DNA of 32,000 nt from Candidatus Harpocratesius repetitus. GTDB taxonomy: Archaea; Asgardarchaeota; Lokiarchaeia; Sigyniarchaeales; Promethearchaeaceae. A program made the translations under genes and the position numbers. Below, piece after piece: positions 17,416-26,255 of this stretch. The DNA is taken from positions 540,001 through 572,000 of the forward strand of contig JAIZWK010000001.1 of the NCBI GenBank assembly GCA_021498095.1, written 5' to 3'. Position 1 is the first letter of the stretch; each line of letters begins with the position of its first letter. Below the pieces are notes generated by a model. The model saw nothing but the letters and a program-made list of their open reading frames with translations, was not told where the DNA came from and did no database searches.

Positions 17416-19851
17416 ATGGCTCTTTTGCTTTCTGCAGAAAAAGTAGATGAATTTTTCGGGATAAAATCATCCATGTTTAAAAGGTTTAGATCTTCGATTA
17501 ACTTAAAGCAGAAAGAAGATGCTATCTTTCAAGAGAAATTTAACATTGGATATAAAAAATGGAAATTATTCTTCCGATCTTTCTATAGTGAAGTTAATTT
17601 AAGTAGAAATCTCTATTTTCTTCATATTTATTGTGTAATTCTGGTAAAAGGTTTGCAATTTATTTTTTTTTCTACTTATTATTTTAACGATATAACAGAG
17701 AAAATGAAAGAGGAAAAGAAAGATAACAAAAAAGTGAACAGGAAAAATATTACTAAATTAAATGATTTTTTTCCAGAAATATTCGATTTAGATTTTTTCT
17801 CTTGGATTTTTCAAGATAATCAGTTGTACTCATTAATTCAAAACCTTTTTCAAGCAGATTGTTTTTATCGACTCAAGAATTCATCAATATCAATTCCTTC
17901 TGATTTGTTTCATGTTTTTTATCAAAATTTAATCAGTTCAGAAGTTCGCCATAATCTGGGAGAGTTCTATACTCCACCTGAACTAGCAAATCAAATGATC
18001 AAAAATCGCTATAAGTTTGGACTAAAAATTATGGATCCAGCATGTGGAACTGGTGTATTTTTAATAGAAATTATAAAAGAAATAATCAACAAATCAGATC
18101 GTTCAAAGAAAGATAAATTAAGTGCTCTTAAACAAATCTATGGATTTGATATTAATCCTATTGCATGTCTTTTTGCCAAATTGAATTTTCTACTAACTCT
18201 TCACTTTCATGGGATAGAATATCCAATTAATGAACTTCATATTTATAATGAAAGCGTACTGTTTTGGAAAAACAAGTTCTTTCCAATATCTATGATACAA
18301 AAGAAGTTTGACTTAATAATTGGTAATCCTGCTTGGATCACAGTGAAGAGTATGCAGGATTTAGAATATAAGGAGCAAATAAAAAACCTTGCGAAAATAC
18401 TGGAATTAAAACCAACTACTCATCAAATACCTAATATTGAAATCAGTGCACTTTTCTTTTACCAATGTCGAGATTATTTGGTAGTTAAAGGTAAAATAGG
18501 ATTTATTGTAAGTAAGGCTTTTATTAATGGAAGCAATCATGCATTAACGCGGAAATTTACGGATTTTGATGAAATTTCAATTTGGACTTTTGATAAAAAT
18601 TTATTTCCTATATCAAATATATGCTTATTTGCAAGATATAATCCTCCTTTGAGAAGAACCGAAGAAGAATTAAAAGAATTACAAATTGAAGAAATTCAGT
18701 TTCAAATTGAAAAAATAGGACAAAGCTTAAGAATTAAACAATTAAATCGTATTTTCTTGGTTCCGTACAGAATTGAAAAGCATAAAAACCAGCTGCTGGT
18801 TACTAAATTAATAGGATTAAAAGAAAAAAAGGCATTAACAGAGCTACTCCCTCACGGAATAAATCAATATAAGAATTCATGCTATCGTGGAGCAGATATT
18901 TTTCCCCGTGCTTTACTTTCTGTCTTTCCAAAACAAAGTTCTTCTGGTAGGATATTTATTCAACCTATAACAAATGAGTCTAAATTGACTTGGGATTTCG
19001 ATCTTGAAAAAAAATTGGAAGAATTCCCCGAAATAATTAAAAAGGGAAAAATTTTCATGGATTCTTCTTATATTTTTCCTGTTTTGAAAAGTAAACACTT
19101 GGTCCCCTTTACATATCTTTACTGGGATTATGCTTTTATTCCCATCCAGGAAAATAAAAAGACGGGCGGGTATGCTCGTATCTCAGAATCAGAAACATTA
19201 GCTTGGCGCTATTATCAAGTCTTAGAACAAATTTTCCAACAAAATTTCAAAACAGGTGCATCTATTCGGACTTTATGGGAAAGAATGAACTATCATAATA
19301 ATTTAATCCAACCTAGGCATCGAAGTCCGTATAAAGTTGTTTATCAACGGAGTGGATCATATGTAAAGGCTTGTATTATTAAGGAACCAAAAGTTATTGT
19401 CGATACAACTAACTATTTTCTTGCTTTCTCAAATTTAGATGAAGCATATTATGTATTAGGCTTCTTAAATGCTCCAGATTTAACTAAAGCTATTCAAATC
19501 GAAAAATCTGCGCGTGATATTCACAAGCTTCCCTTTACATTCTATTTACCCAAATTTGATCCAGACGACCAAAACCATCAAAATCTTATAAAACAAGCCC
19601 AGATCATGGAGAAAAAAGCTAAACAAATCGCCTTATCTGCAGTTAAATCCTTTTTAAATAAAAATCAAGCAGAACTGAAAATTACAGAATTCTATAATGT
19701 ACCCGTTTTAAAGACAATTAAAGCGCGCCAAATTCAATCCCAAATCTATAATTCCTTAGGTTGGAATCCAAAAAAAGATAGCATTTCTGAAGATTTTGAA
19801 AAGTTGAATCATCTTGTTCGGTTAGTTGTTTCTGAAAATAAGAATAGTTGA
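17416..19851 (+). CDS. N6-adenine DNA methyltransferase (type IIG/Eco57I-like MTase plus target-recognition region), no evident nuclease domain
   Basis: LGEFYTP, SAM-binding motif I (IMDPACGTGVFL), YGFDINP, motif IV variant IIGNPAW, and a C-terminal TRD-like region (YKVVYQRSG...EAYYVLGFLN...RDIHKLP). Confidence 0.88.
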   Translation: MALLLSAEKVDEFFGIKSSMFKRFRSSINLKQKEDAIFQEKFNIGYKKWKLFFRSFYSEVNLSRNLYFLHIYCVILVKGLQFIFFSTYYFNDITEKMKEEKKDNKKVNRKNITKLNDFFPEIFDLDFFSWIFQDNQLYSLIQNLFQADCFYRLKNSSISIPSDLFHVFYQNLISSEVRHNLGEFYTPPELANQMIKNRYKFGLKIMDPACGTGVFLIEIIKEIINKSDRSKKDKLSALKQIYGFDINPIACLFAKLNFLLTLHFHGIEYPINELHIYNESVLFWKNKFFPISMIQKKFDLIIGNPAWITVKSMQDLEYKEQIKNLAKILELKPTTHQIPNIEISALFFYQCRDYLVVKGKIGFIVSKAFINGSNHALTRKFTDFDEISIWTFDKNLFPISNICLFARYNPPLRRTEEELKELQIEEIQFQIEKIGQSLRIKQLNRIFLVPYRIEKHKNQLLVTKLIGLKEKKALTELLPHGINQYKNSCYRGADIFPRALLSVFPKQSSSGRIFIQPITNESKLTWDFDLEKKLEEFPEIIKKGKIFMDSSYIFPVLKSKHLVPFTYLYWDYAFIPIQENKKTGGYARISESETLAWRYYQVLEQIFQQNFKTGASIRTLWERMNYHNNLIQPRHRSPYKVVYQRSGSYVKACIIKEPKVIVDTTNYFLAFSNLDEAYYVLGFLNAPDLTKAIQIEKSARDIHKLPFTFYLPKFDPDDQNHQNLIKQAQIMEKKAKQIALSAVKSFLNKNQAELKITEFYNVPVLKTIKARQIQSQIYNSLGWNPKKDSISEDFEKLNHLVRLVVSENKNS

Positions 19852-20103
19852 AAGCAAATACAAGATAAGAAATATCAACGATATTATTTTTTAAAGCTTT
19901 TCTTCCATATAGGGATCCAGCCATTTAATTGCTAACCAATAAAGAGGAAGTAAAGAAAGTTCAACAAAAATTGAGATGATGAAAGGATACTTTTTTACAT
20001 TCAGTAAAATCCGAACTTCCATTTATCCCTTTAAATTACAAGGATTTCTTTAGAAAACAAGATTTAATTAATTTAATTAACATATTTTTAAAAAGAAGAA
20101 AGA

Positions 20104-20619
20104 ATGACGCTTTCAAAAAAAAGTAGGACATTAGTTATTATAGGAATAATAATTACAGTTCTTGGAGGAACTGGAACCTTTGGCGGCTTGTATTATCGAG
20201 CAGTTAACCAAATTGAAGTGGATGTAGAACATATTTATATTACGAATTATAGTATAGGAGGAACTCTACTAAATCCAACAATGGATGTAAGCTTAGAAAT
20301 TAATGCTTTAATCTCTAATCCAACTAATATTGCTGTTGAAGTAGAGTATGCCCAATTTGAGATATATCTTGATGGATTATACTCAGGAGATGGTCAGACA
20401 TCTTCATTTACAGCCACAAAGACCCCTTCTCCTATGAAAATAAATACTTTCTTAGATGATATTGGTGGTTCCCAATATTTACTCTTAGCTGATCTCATTT
20501 TATTGGGGAATTCAAAAGTTGCTACAATTCGAATAACAAACGTGAAAGTTATGGGGATAATTGTTGAAATCAACCAAGATATTAATGTTACAATCACACA
20601 AGAAGACTTTCTTTTTTAA
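20104..20619 (+). CDS. Membrane-anchored LEA_2/WHy-like beta-sandwich protein
   Basis: Basic N-terminus, single TM, then LEINALISNPTNIAVEVEYAQFEIYLDGLYSGDG, matching the LEA_2 pattern (V.NPN...I......Y.....G..G). Confidence 0.65.
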   Translation: MTLSKKSRTLVIIGIIITVLGGTGTFGGLYYRAVNQIEVDVEHIYITNYSIGGTLLNPTMDVSLEINALISNPTNIAVEVEYAQFEIYLDGLYSGDGQTSSFTATKTPSPMKINTFLDDIGGSQYLLLADLILLGNSKVATIRITNVKVMGIIVEINQDINVTITQEDFLF

Positions 20620-20643
20620 TTTTCAAAAGAAGGTATACTATAG

Positions 20644-21783
20644 TTATTTTTCTTCATTTATTTTTCTTAAGACATCATGAACAATGAAATCCGTTGATTG
20701 ATTCCATTCATGAACCTCCTCATTAAATCCATCTGGATCAAAGCTAAAAACTTCTGCTTTTGGATAATCAACATAAACAAAATGAAGTTCATATAATTTC
20801 TCCTGTAAAATATGAAGTAAATCAGAAAGTTGATGAGTTGGTAGATGAAGGTACCAGTAAAGGGTAAATTTTTCATAATTAAAAACAGAATAAAATGGAA
20901 CGGGATGTAAAATTGTTCGGTGATGGATTCGCTTTAATTCTTCTTCAGGACCGTATCCCCAGATTAAAACAGTATTAACAATATCAAATAATTTTGGATC
21001 AATCTGAACTTTATAACCACTTATGACTTCTGTTTCGAGTTTTTTTCTTCTCCGACTTAAAGTAGAATCATTTATATCATAATTTTGTTCACGAAGCTGT
21101 TCTTTAAGTTTTGTATTAGGACGGCGCGCATTCACAACAAGTTTATTTAAAAGAGCAATGTCCCTTCTTTGAATCCATGATTTAACATTGAATTTTTGGT
21201 TTTTAATTGAAATATTACTAAAATCTTCTGTAATTGAAATTTGAAACCATTTTTTCCATTCGAAATTCCAAGAATAATTTTCAGGACTCCAATATCTTAA
21301 ATCAAATGGTGTAATATTGAAGGGTTTAGAAAAGTGTAAAAAGGAAAAGCTTTCAATTTTATTTTGAAATTTTAATTCACGAAATAAAAGTTCAAGATTA
21401 TTTCCTGATCCTATAGGACTACGAAATTGAAAATAAATGCCAGTAATTTTTCCGTAAATTCGTGCAAAATAGTATATATATGGATGAGTTCTCCCCATTT
21501 TCTCTAAATAGTGCAAATTTGGAAGAGAATTAACTTCTGAAAAAATATCATAAGTAGTTAATCCTAAATTTCTTAAATTAGGAATTGCAGATACCCAAAA
21601 TGCAGGTTGTAATTTTTGAACTATATCATATACTGTAGTTTTTGGTATTTGAGTAAGTTCTGCCAATTCTTCATATGTTGCAAATGGTCTACGATGAATA
21701 TGAAGAAGAATTTGGATATCTTTGAACGTGATGTCGTCAAGTGAAATATTTTTTGTAATTTTGATCCCTCTAAATTGACTCAT
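20644..21783 (-). CDS. Tandem (double) Lrp/AsnC-like winged-helix transcriptional regulator
   Basis: Two HTH modules (DIQILLHIHRRPFATYEELAELTQIPKTTVYDIVQKL; DIALLNKLVVNARRPNTKL...STLSRRRKKLE...GYKVQIDP), each followed by a RAM/ACT-like beta-alpha segment and an aromatic-rich end (WNFEWKKW; FNEEVHEW). Confidence 0.8.
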   Translation of the reverse strand: MSQFRGIKITKNISLDDITFKDIQILLHIHRRPFATYEELAELTQIPKTTVYDIVQKLQPAFWVSAIPNLRNLGLTTYDIFSEVNSLPNLHYLEKMGRTHPYIYYFARIYGKITGIYFQFRSPIGSGNNLELLFRELKFQNKIESFSFLHFSKPFNITPFDLRYWSPENYSWNFEWKKWFQISITEDFSNISIKNQKFNVKSWIQRRDIALLNKLVVNARRPNTKLKEQLREQNYDINDSTLSRRRKKLETEVISGYKVQIDPKLFDIVNTVLIWGYGPEEELKRIHHRTILHPVPFYSVFNYEKFTLYWYLHLPTHQLSDLLHILQEKLYELHFVYVDYPKAEVFSFDPDGFNEEVHEWNQSTDFIVHDVLRKINEEK

Positions 21784-21803
21784 AAAAAAAAAGGATTTTG
21801 AGT

Positions 21804-21811
21804 AATATAAA
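21804..21811 (-). promoter_or_regulatory. TATA box (TTTATATT) for the double-Lrp gene
   Basis: Lies 21-28 nt upstream of the ATG at 21783. No Shine-Dalgarno, consistent with a leaderless transcript. Confidence 0.5.
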
Positions 21812-21875
21812 AATTATTGATGCAAAATAACTGGGTTCTCTATGGAAATTTGTGGAATAGAATAATTAACTCGAA

Positions 21876-22127
21876 TTATCCAGGAGTTCCTCCTCCGCCC
21901 CCAGCTTCCTTCTCCAACAATGAGAAATCAGAAACGAATGATTGAATTCGCATCCAAATCTCGCCTATTTTCCCACTTATGTCAAGATTTGAGAAGACTT
22001 GGGAGAAAACAGAGTAGTCAATTGCGGTGATAACAAAACCTACGAATACACCGACTAAAGCAATAGAGAAAAAGATTATCGTCCATTTTTTAATTGTTTG
22101 TCCATTCATGATGAGGGTCACCCTCAT
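21876..22127 (-). CDS. Small single-TM or secreted protein (83 aa) ending in EKEAGGGGGTPG
   Basis: One strong hydrophobic segment (WTIIFFSIALVGVFVGFVITAI), an amphipathic middle and a Gly-run C-terminus. The ATG at 22127 is favoured over 22193 by TATA position; 22109 is also possible. Confidence 0.7.
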   Translation of the reverse strand: MRVTLIMNGQTIKKWTIIFFSIALVGVFVGFVITAIDYSVFSQVFSNLDISGKIGEIWMRIQSFVSDFSLLEKEAGGGGGTPG

Positions 22128-22147
22128 TTTATTTGAGAAGAAATGAG

Positions 22148-22155
22148 TATATAAA
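22148..22155 (-). promoter_or_regulatory. TATA box (TTTATATA) for the small Gly-tailed protein gene
   Basis: Lies 21-28 nt upstream of the ATG at 22127, the same geometry as the neighbouring gene. Confidence 0.5.
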
Positions 22156-22720
22156 CCTTGCGAAAAAATTCGATTATTTATAAAGAGATTCACATTTTAT
22201 TTCTTAGACGATCTCAGAAAATTTAGATGATTTTCTAATTTGCATTTAAAATTATGATGATTCTTTTTAGATATTATATTTTCTTCTTTTTTTTTTAATT
22301 TATTTTTAAAAAATAATTTTCTTTTGATTATTATCCTTTGATTTCTTAGATTTTAAGTAACTGAAAATTGGTAGGTTATTCGGAATATTTTTTATATAAA
22401 TTGGATTTCCAAATTTTTTTATAGGAATATTAATATTGTATATTCGACAATAAACGGAAAAATGGTTTTTTTATCTTGAAAGATCTATGGAACAAGAAAA
22501 AGGAGAAAAGGAATTTGCTGGCAGGGTTAAAAGAGGAGCACTGTTTGGAAACAAAAGAAGAAGGAAAACCACATTTGCTTAATTCGAATCATTTTATGCA
22601 AAAAATTACTATTCCAAAATATTTTCCTTAAAGGAAACAAAAATGGATCTTTTTACTGTTTAAACATTTTTAAAGAAGAATTTTCGGTTATATCCTAAAA
22701 AACACCAGGAATAATATAAA

Positions 22721-23791
22721 ATGGCAATGTTAAAGATGCAAAACTCATATAATGTGAACACTCTACAAGAATCAAGCAAAATGGCAGATTATAAATGGAA
22801 GATCCCTATTATTTTAAACTTAATTTTAGGTTTAATTCTATTACTTCTCTTTATTTTACTTTCTAATACAGATATCCATAATAAAAGAGAATTTCTTTTT
22901 ACTTTTGCTGGGTGCATCTTTCTTCTAGCGAATAATATATACTATCTTTTTATCATATCAAAAGAAAAAACTAATTTGATAATAAATATTGAAAATAATA
23001 TTCCAAAAATGGATGAGAAAGATTTTAGCGAATTAACTAGAGGAATTGCACATGATTTTAACAATATTCTTACAACTCTTTCAGGAATACTCTCAATTTC
23101 GCTGATAGATATTCAAGAAAAATCTAAGGTTGATCTTATTCCAATTTTACAAGAGAATCTTGACATTGCTTTAAAAGCTACTCATAGAGCTACTGGATTA
23201 ACAAGACAATTACTAAGCTTCTCAAAAGGAGGCCAACCTATTCGAAAAAATGCATCTTTAGAAGAGATAATTCAAGATTCAACTAAATTCATATTAGCAG
23301 GTTCAAGCGTTGCGAATCACTTTAATATTTCTAGAAATATCCCACCTATTGATTTCGATCCTGACCAGATTAGTCAAGTTATCCAAAATTTAGTATTAAA
23401 TGCAAAACAGGCAATGAGTAATCATGGAAATTTGTATATTGAACTATCTTGCTATGAATCTGAAGATTCATTCTTTAAACATTATGGAAATATTAATTTA
23501 ATTAATTGGAAAGGAAATAATCAAAAAAATAACTCAAAAAAAATTCAAATAGAGTTTCCCTGTATTTGTTTTTCAATTCAAGATGATGGCCCAGGAATTG
23601 CTCCTGAAATCAGGGGAAAGATATTCCATATTAACGTAACAACAAAAAATGAAGGAAATGGTCTTGGATTGGTATCATCTTGTGAGATAATTAGAAAACA
23701 TCATGGAGAAATCGCATTTAGCACGAAACTAGGCATCGGAACCACATTTTTTGTGTTTTTACCTATTAATAGACATAACAATTCTTTATAA
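22721..23791 (+). CDS. Sensor histidine kinase (HisKA plus HATPase_c, NtrB-like H-box), two TM helices, no receiver or PAS domain
   Basis: H-box GIAHDFNNIL, N-box QVIQNLVLNAKQAM, G1 QDDGPGI, G2 TTKNEGNGLGL, terminal GIGTTFFVFLP. Confidence 0.92.
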   Translation: MAMLKMQNSYNVNTLQESSKMADYKWKIPIILNLILGLILLLLFILLSNTDIHNKREFLFTFAGCIFLLANNIYYLFIISKEKTNLIINIENNIPKMDEKDFSELTRGIAHDFNNILTTLSGILSISLIDIQEKSKVDLIPILQENLDIALKATHRATGLTRQLLSFSKGGQPIRKNASLEEIIQDSTKFILAGSSVANHFNISRNIPPIDFDPDQISQVIQNLVLNAKQAMSNHGNLYIELSCYESEDSFFKHYGNINLINWKGNNQKNNSKKIQIEFPCICFSIQDDGPGIAPEIRGKIFHINVTTKNEGNGLGLVSSCEIIRKHHGEIAFSTKLGIGTTFFVFLPINRHNNSL

Positions 23792-23891
23792 TTTGAATAT
23801 TCCAAAAAGACATAGACATATACAACCAAGATGACAAATAAAAATTAAAAATCAACGAGATCAAACATCCAATTAGACAAAATCCCCTTTC

Positions 23892-23909
23892 AAAGAGATC
23901 TCTTTTTTT
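23892..23909 (+). terminator. Perfect 14-bp palindrome AAAGAGATCTCTTT running into a T-tract; possible terminator or operator downstream of the kinase
   Basis: Read directly. It lies 100 bp after the kinase stop, between convergent genes. Confidence 0.35.
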
Positions 23910-24098
23910 GATTAAAAAATTTACAAGCAATTCGTTCAATCCAAAATAATCTTCAAATGCTGATAACCCAATCCTTGATATACAATACTCTTCATTTTGG
24001 GATTTTAAAGCATTTTGCAGGCATAATTCAGAATTTTCTAATCTTTTTTTTGAATTAAAATGTAGTTCACCAAGAAATCTTTTAGTAAATTTTTTCGC

Positions 24099-26180
24099 CT
24101 ATTTTGATATTTTCACCATATCAAGATCCATTTTAAGCAATTCTTGCAAAAATACATCAAAACATCCAACATTCCCAGAGAAATTAGCGAGTTCTTGCCT
24201 ATAAATATCATAAAATCGGTGATAAATAAAGGATAATACTTTTTTTGATTCATCAACTGTTGAATAAATCGAACAACGGCCTAAAATGAAAAATTCTTTA
24301 TCTGGTTCCAAATAAAAATCAAATCGGCTTTCTCCCATCTGAATACTCTGGATCTCTTTTTTAGTAAGTTCTTTACTAAAATTTTGAAGAGCTGAAAGAA
24401 ATCCACCTAAAAGAATAGAATCAAAAGAAAGTTCTGGTGCATATGTAAATAATTCGATCCCACTACTGCTGAATATCCATAAATCACGTAAAATACCCAA
24501 TTTTGATGTCTGTTCACTCCTTCTCGCCAATAATTGTTCCTTTAACCTTTCTTTTTGCCGAAGATAGTAATTTTTTTTTTCTACATCATCATTATAAATT
24601 ATAATTAAAAGATCCAAAATTTCTTCCATTTCCACAACGGGTTTATTTATTTTTTTATAATGATTAAGCGCAGTAATTAATTCTATTATAGCTTCTTGTT
24701 TTTGTTCCGAAAGAAGAAGATTTTTTCCTAATATAAGATGGAATTTTGCAATAGATAAGCGATCTAATAAAATAAAATTTGCTGTATCTTGCATGAAAAA
24801 CTGCAGTAAATTAACATTTTGTTCGAAATGTCCAAATTTTTCGTGAATTTGAACAATTTGAAGTAGAAATCTAATTTTATTAGAAAAATCATTCATATTT
24901 TCACAAGAATCGATGGTTTTTTCAAGATAATACACTTGTTCAGAATAATTATCATCAAAACTATAGATTTGCGAAATAAGTGGATAAATCATGATCAATT
25001 GGTTATAATCTTTTAGTTTTTCCCAGATTTCTGCAGCTTGGGCGAGATATTCAAGAGAATTTTTTAACTCTGAATTTTCGTGAATGTTTATTTGCTGCCA
25101 TTTTTCAATTCCTGCATTTTTAATGGAATCTATTGCGCGGTAATAATATTGCAATGCTAAATGATAATTAATTAACCCTTTTTGTTTAAGCATATTTTGA
25201 CTAAGATCTTGAATTTGATTAGAGTTGAAAAATTGATTTGATTTAATAAATTCCTCTATCGCTTTACTATAAAGATTCAATTTTGAATAACTTCTACCAA
25301 GGATGAAATGATATTGATAAAATGAGATATATTTAGCTTTTTTAAGTGAAATTGATTTTAGTTGTTTAATTGCTTTGGAATATTGAAAACTTGAATATAG
25401 AGAAAAGCCCAATAAAAATTGGCTTGTTTCGAGATACTTTTGGTGATTTAATTGCTTTGCAATAGGAATCAATTTCTGAAATATGTTTACCGCTGCATTA
25501 TATTTCTTTTCTTTAATTATCATTGTCCCCTTAAGATAAAGTGCTTCCATGTAAAGCTTTTCATGATTTTCCATGCTAAACTTTTCAAGAGGTTTTTGAA
25601 GTAATCTGTACGCATATTTGAAATTTCTATTTTGAAACTCTACAAGAGCTTTTTTAAAATCCTCGACAGCGACAGAAAAAGAATAATTTGAATCAATTTG
25701 CACTTCTGATTCCAGTGATTCTTCTAGGGATTGGTAAACTTTTAAGAATTTTGGGATAATCTCATCAGATGAAATGATGTCTTGAAATTTATCAATTCCT
25801 TTAAGCGTGATTTGTAAAGCAAATTGCTCTATAATTTCGTCATATTCCGGAAGAAGATGTTCTGAGTATTCATCGGGAAAAACAACAGCAATACAAAATG
25901 GCTGCCAATTCATTGAAAATGATTCTTGCTTTGTGTGAATAAGTACTCTTCCCCTTATTTCATATAAATTAAAGGGAATTGAAATGTTAAAAGAAGAGAA
26001 ATCGCTCCAAAATTTCTCTAATAATAGTGATTTTGCATTTAGAAATATTTGGCGAGTAATTATATTTGGATTTCCAAAATTCCATGGGTTTGGTTCTAGT
26101 AAATCGATTTTAGGACCTTCATTTTCATCCCAATGAGCAAAAATCACTCCAAGATGAGCCTTTTGTGAGATTTCTGTCAA
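24099..26180 (-). CDS. Longin-like domain, TPR array, C-terminal longin domain (eukaryotic-signature-type protein)
   Basis: N-terminal LGVIFAHWDENEGPKI...PFCIAVVFP is uDENN/NPR2-type longin-like. Central TPRs (LYLKGTMII..AAVNIFQKL; FLLGFSLY; HFILGRSYSKL; HLILGKNLL). C-terminal LWIFSSSGIELFTY...LLGGFLSALQNFSKEL...FYDIY...F.G....F..F is the classic longin/sedlin-like pattern. TTG start with AGGAG about 10 nt upstream. Confidence 0.75.
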   Translation of the reverse strand: MTEISQKAHLGVIFAHWDENEGPKIDLLEPNPWNFGNPNIITRQIFLNAKSLLLEKFWSDFSSFNISIPFNLYEIRGRVLIHTKQESFSMNWQPFCIAVVFPDEYSEHLLPEYDEIIEQFALQITLKGIDKFQDIISSDEIIPKFLKVYQSLEESLESEVQIDSNYSFSVAVEDFKKALVEFQNRNFKYAYRLLQKPLEKFSMENHEKLYMEALYLKGTMIIKEKKYNAAVNIFQKLIPIAKQLNHQKYLETSQFLLGFSLYSSFQYSKAIKQLKSISLKKAKYISFYQYHFILGRSYSKLNLYSKAIEEFIKSNQFFNSNQIQDLSQNMLKQKGLINYHLALQYYYRAIDSIKNAGIEKWQQINIHENSELKNSLEYLAQAAEIWEKLKDYNQLIMIYPLISQIYSFDDNYSEQVYYLEKTIDSCENMNDFSNKIRFLLQIVQIHEKFGHFEQNVNLLQFFMQDTANFILLDRLSIAKFHLILGKNLLLSEQKQEAIIELITALNHYKKINKPVVEMEEILDLLIIIYNDDVEKKNYYLRQKERLKEQLLARRSEQTSKLGILRDLWIFSSSGIELFTYAPELSFDSILLGGFLSALQNFSKELTKKEIQSIQMGESRFDFYLEPDKEFFILGRCSIYSTVDESKKVLSFIYHRFYDIYRQELANFSGNVGCFDVFLQELLKMDLDMVKISK

Positions 26181-26255
26181 ATCAATGAACTCCTTTTAGT
26201 TAAGAAAAAAAAGACTAATAAAATAATTTGTTTTTAAAAAAGATTTAATCTTTAA

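Noticed and set aside
20064-20080. TTAATTAA-T-TTAATTAA palindrome upstream of the LEA_2-like gene
   Set aside because: Pure A/T low-complexity sequence, likely by chance in this genome.
21840-21878. Possible stop read-through of the Gly-tailed small protein to create a PGF/PGY-type C-terminal sorting signal
   Set aside because: Beyond the TAA the frame reads only FELIILFHKFP before another stop. That is too short for a TM helix plus basic tail.
22476-22631. Purine-rich small ORFs upstream of the kinase (TTG 22476..22631, 51 aa; ATG 22487..22582, 31 aa)
   Set aside because: No motif, SD or clear promoter, and two competing frames. I cannot support either as a gene, though a remnant is not excluded.
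26239-26253. AAAGA-N5-TCTTT inverted repeat resembling the 23892 palindrome, as shared ends of a mobile unit around the longin gene
   Set aside because: The match is short, spacing differs, and there is no transposase or target-site duplication. They are more simply terminator or promoter elements.
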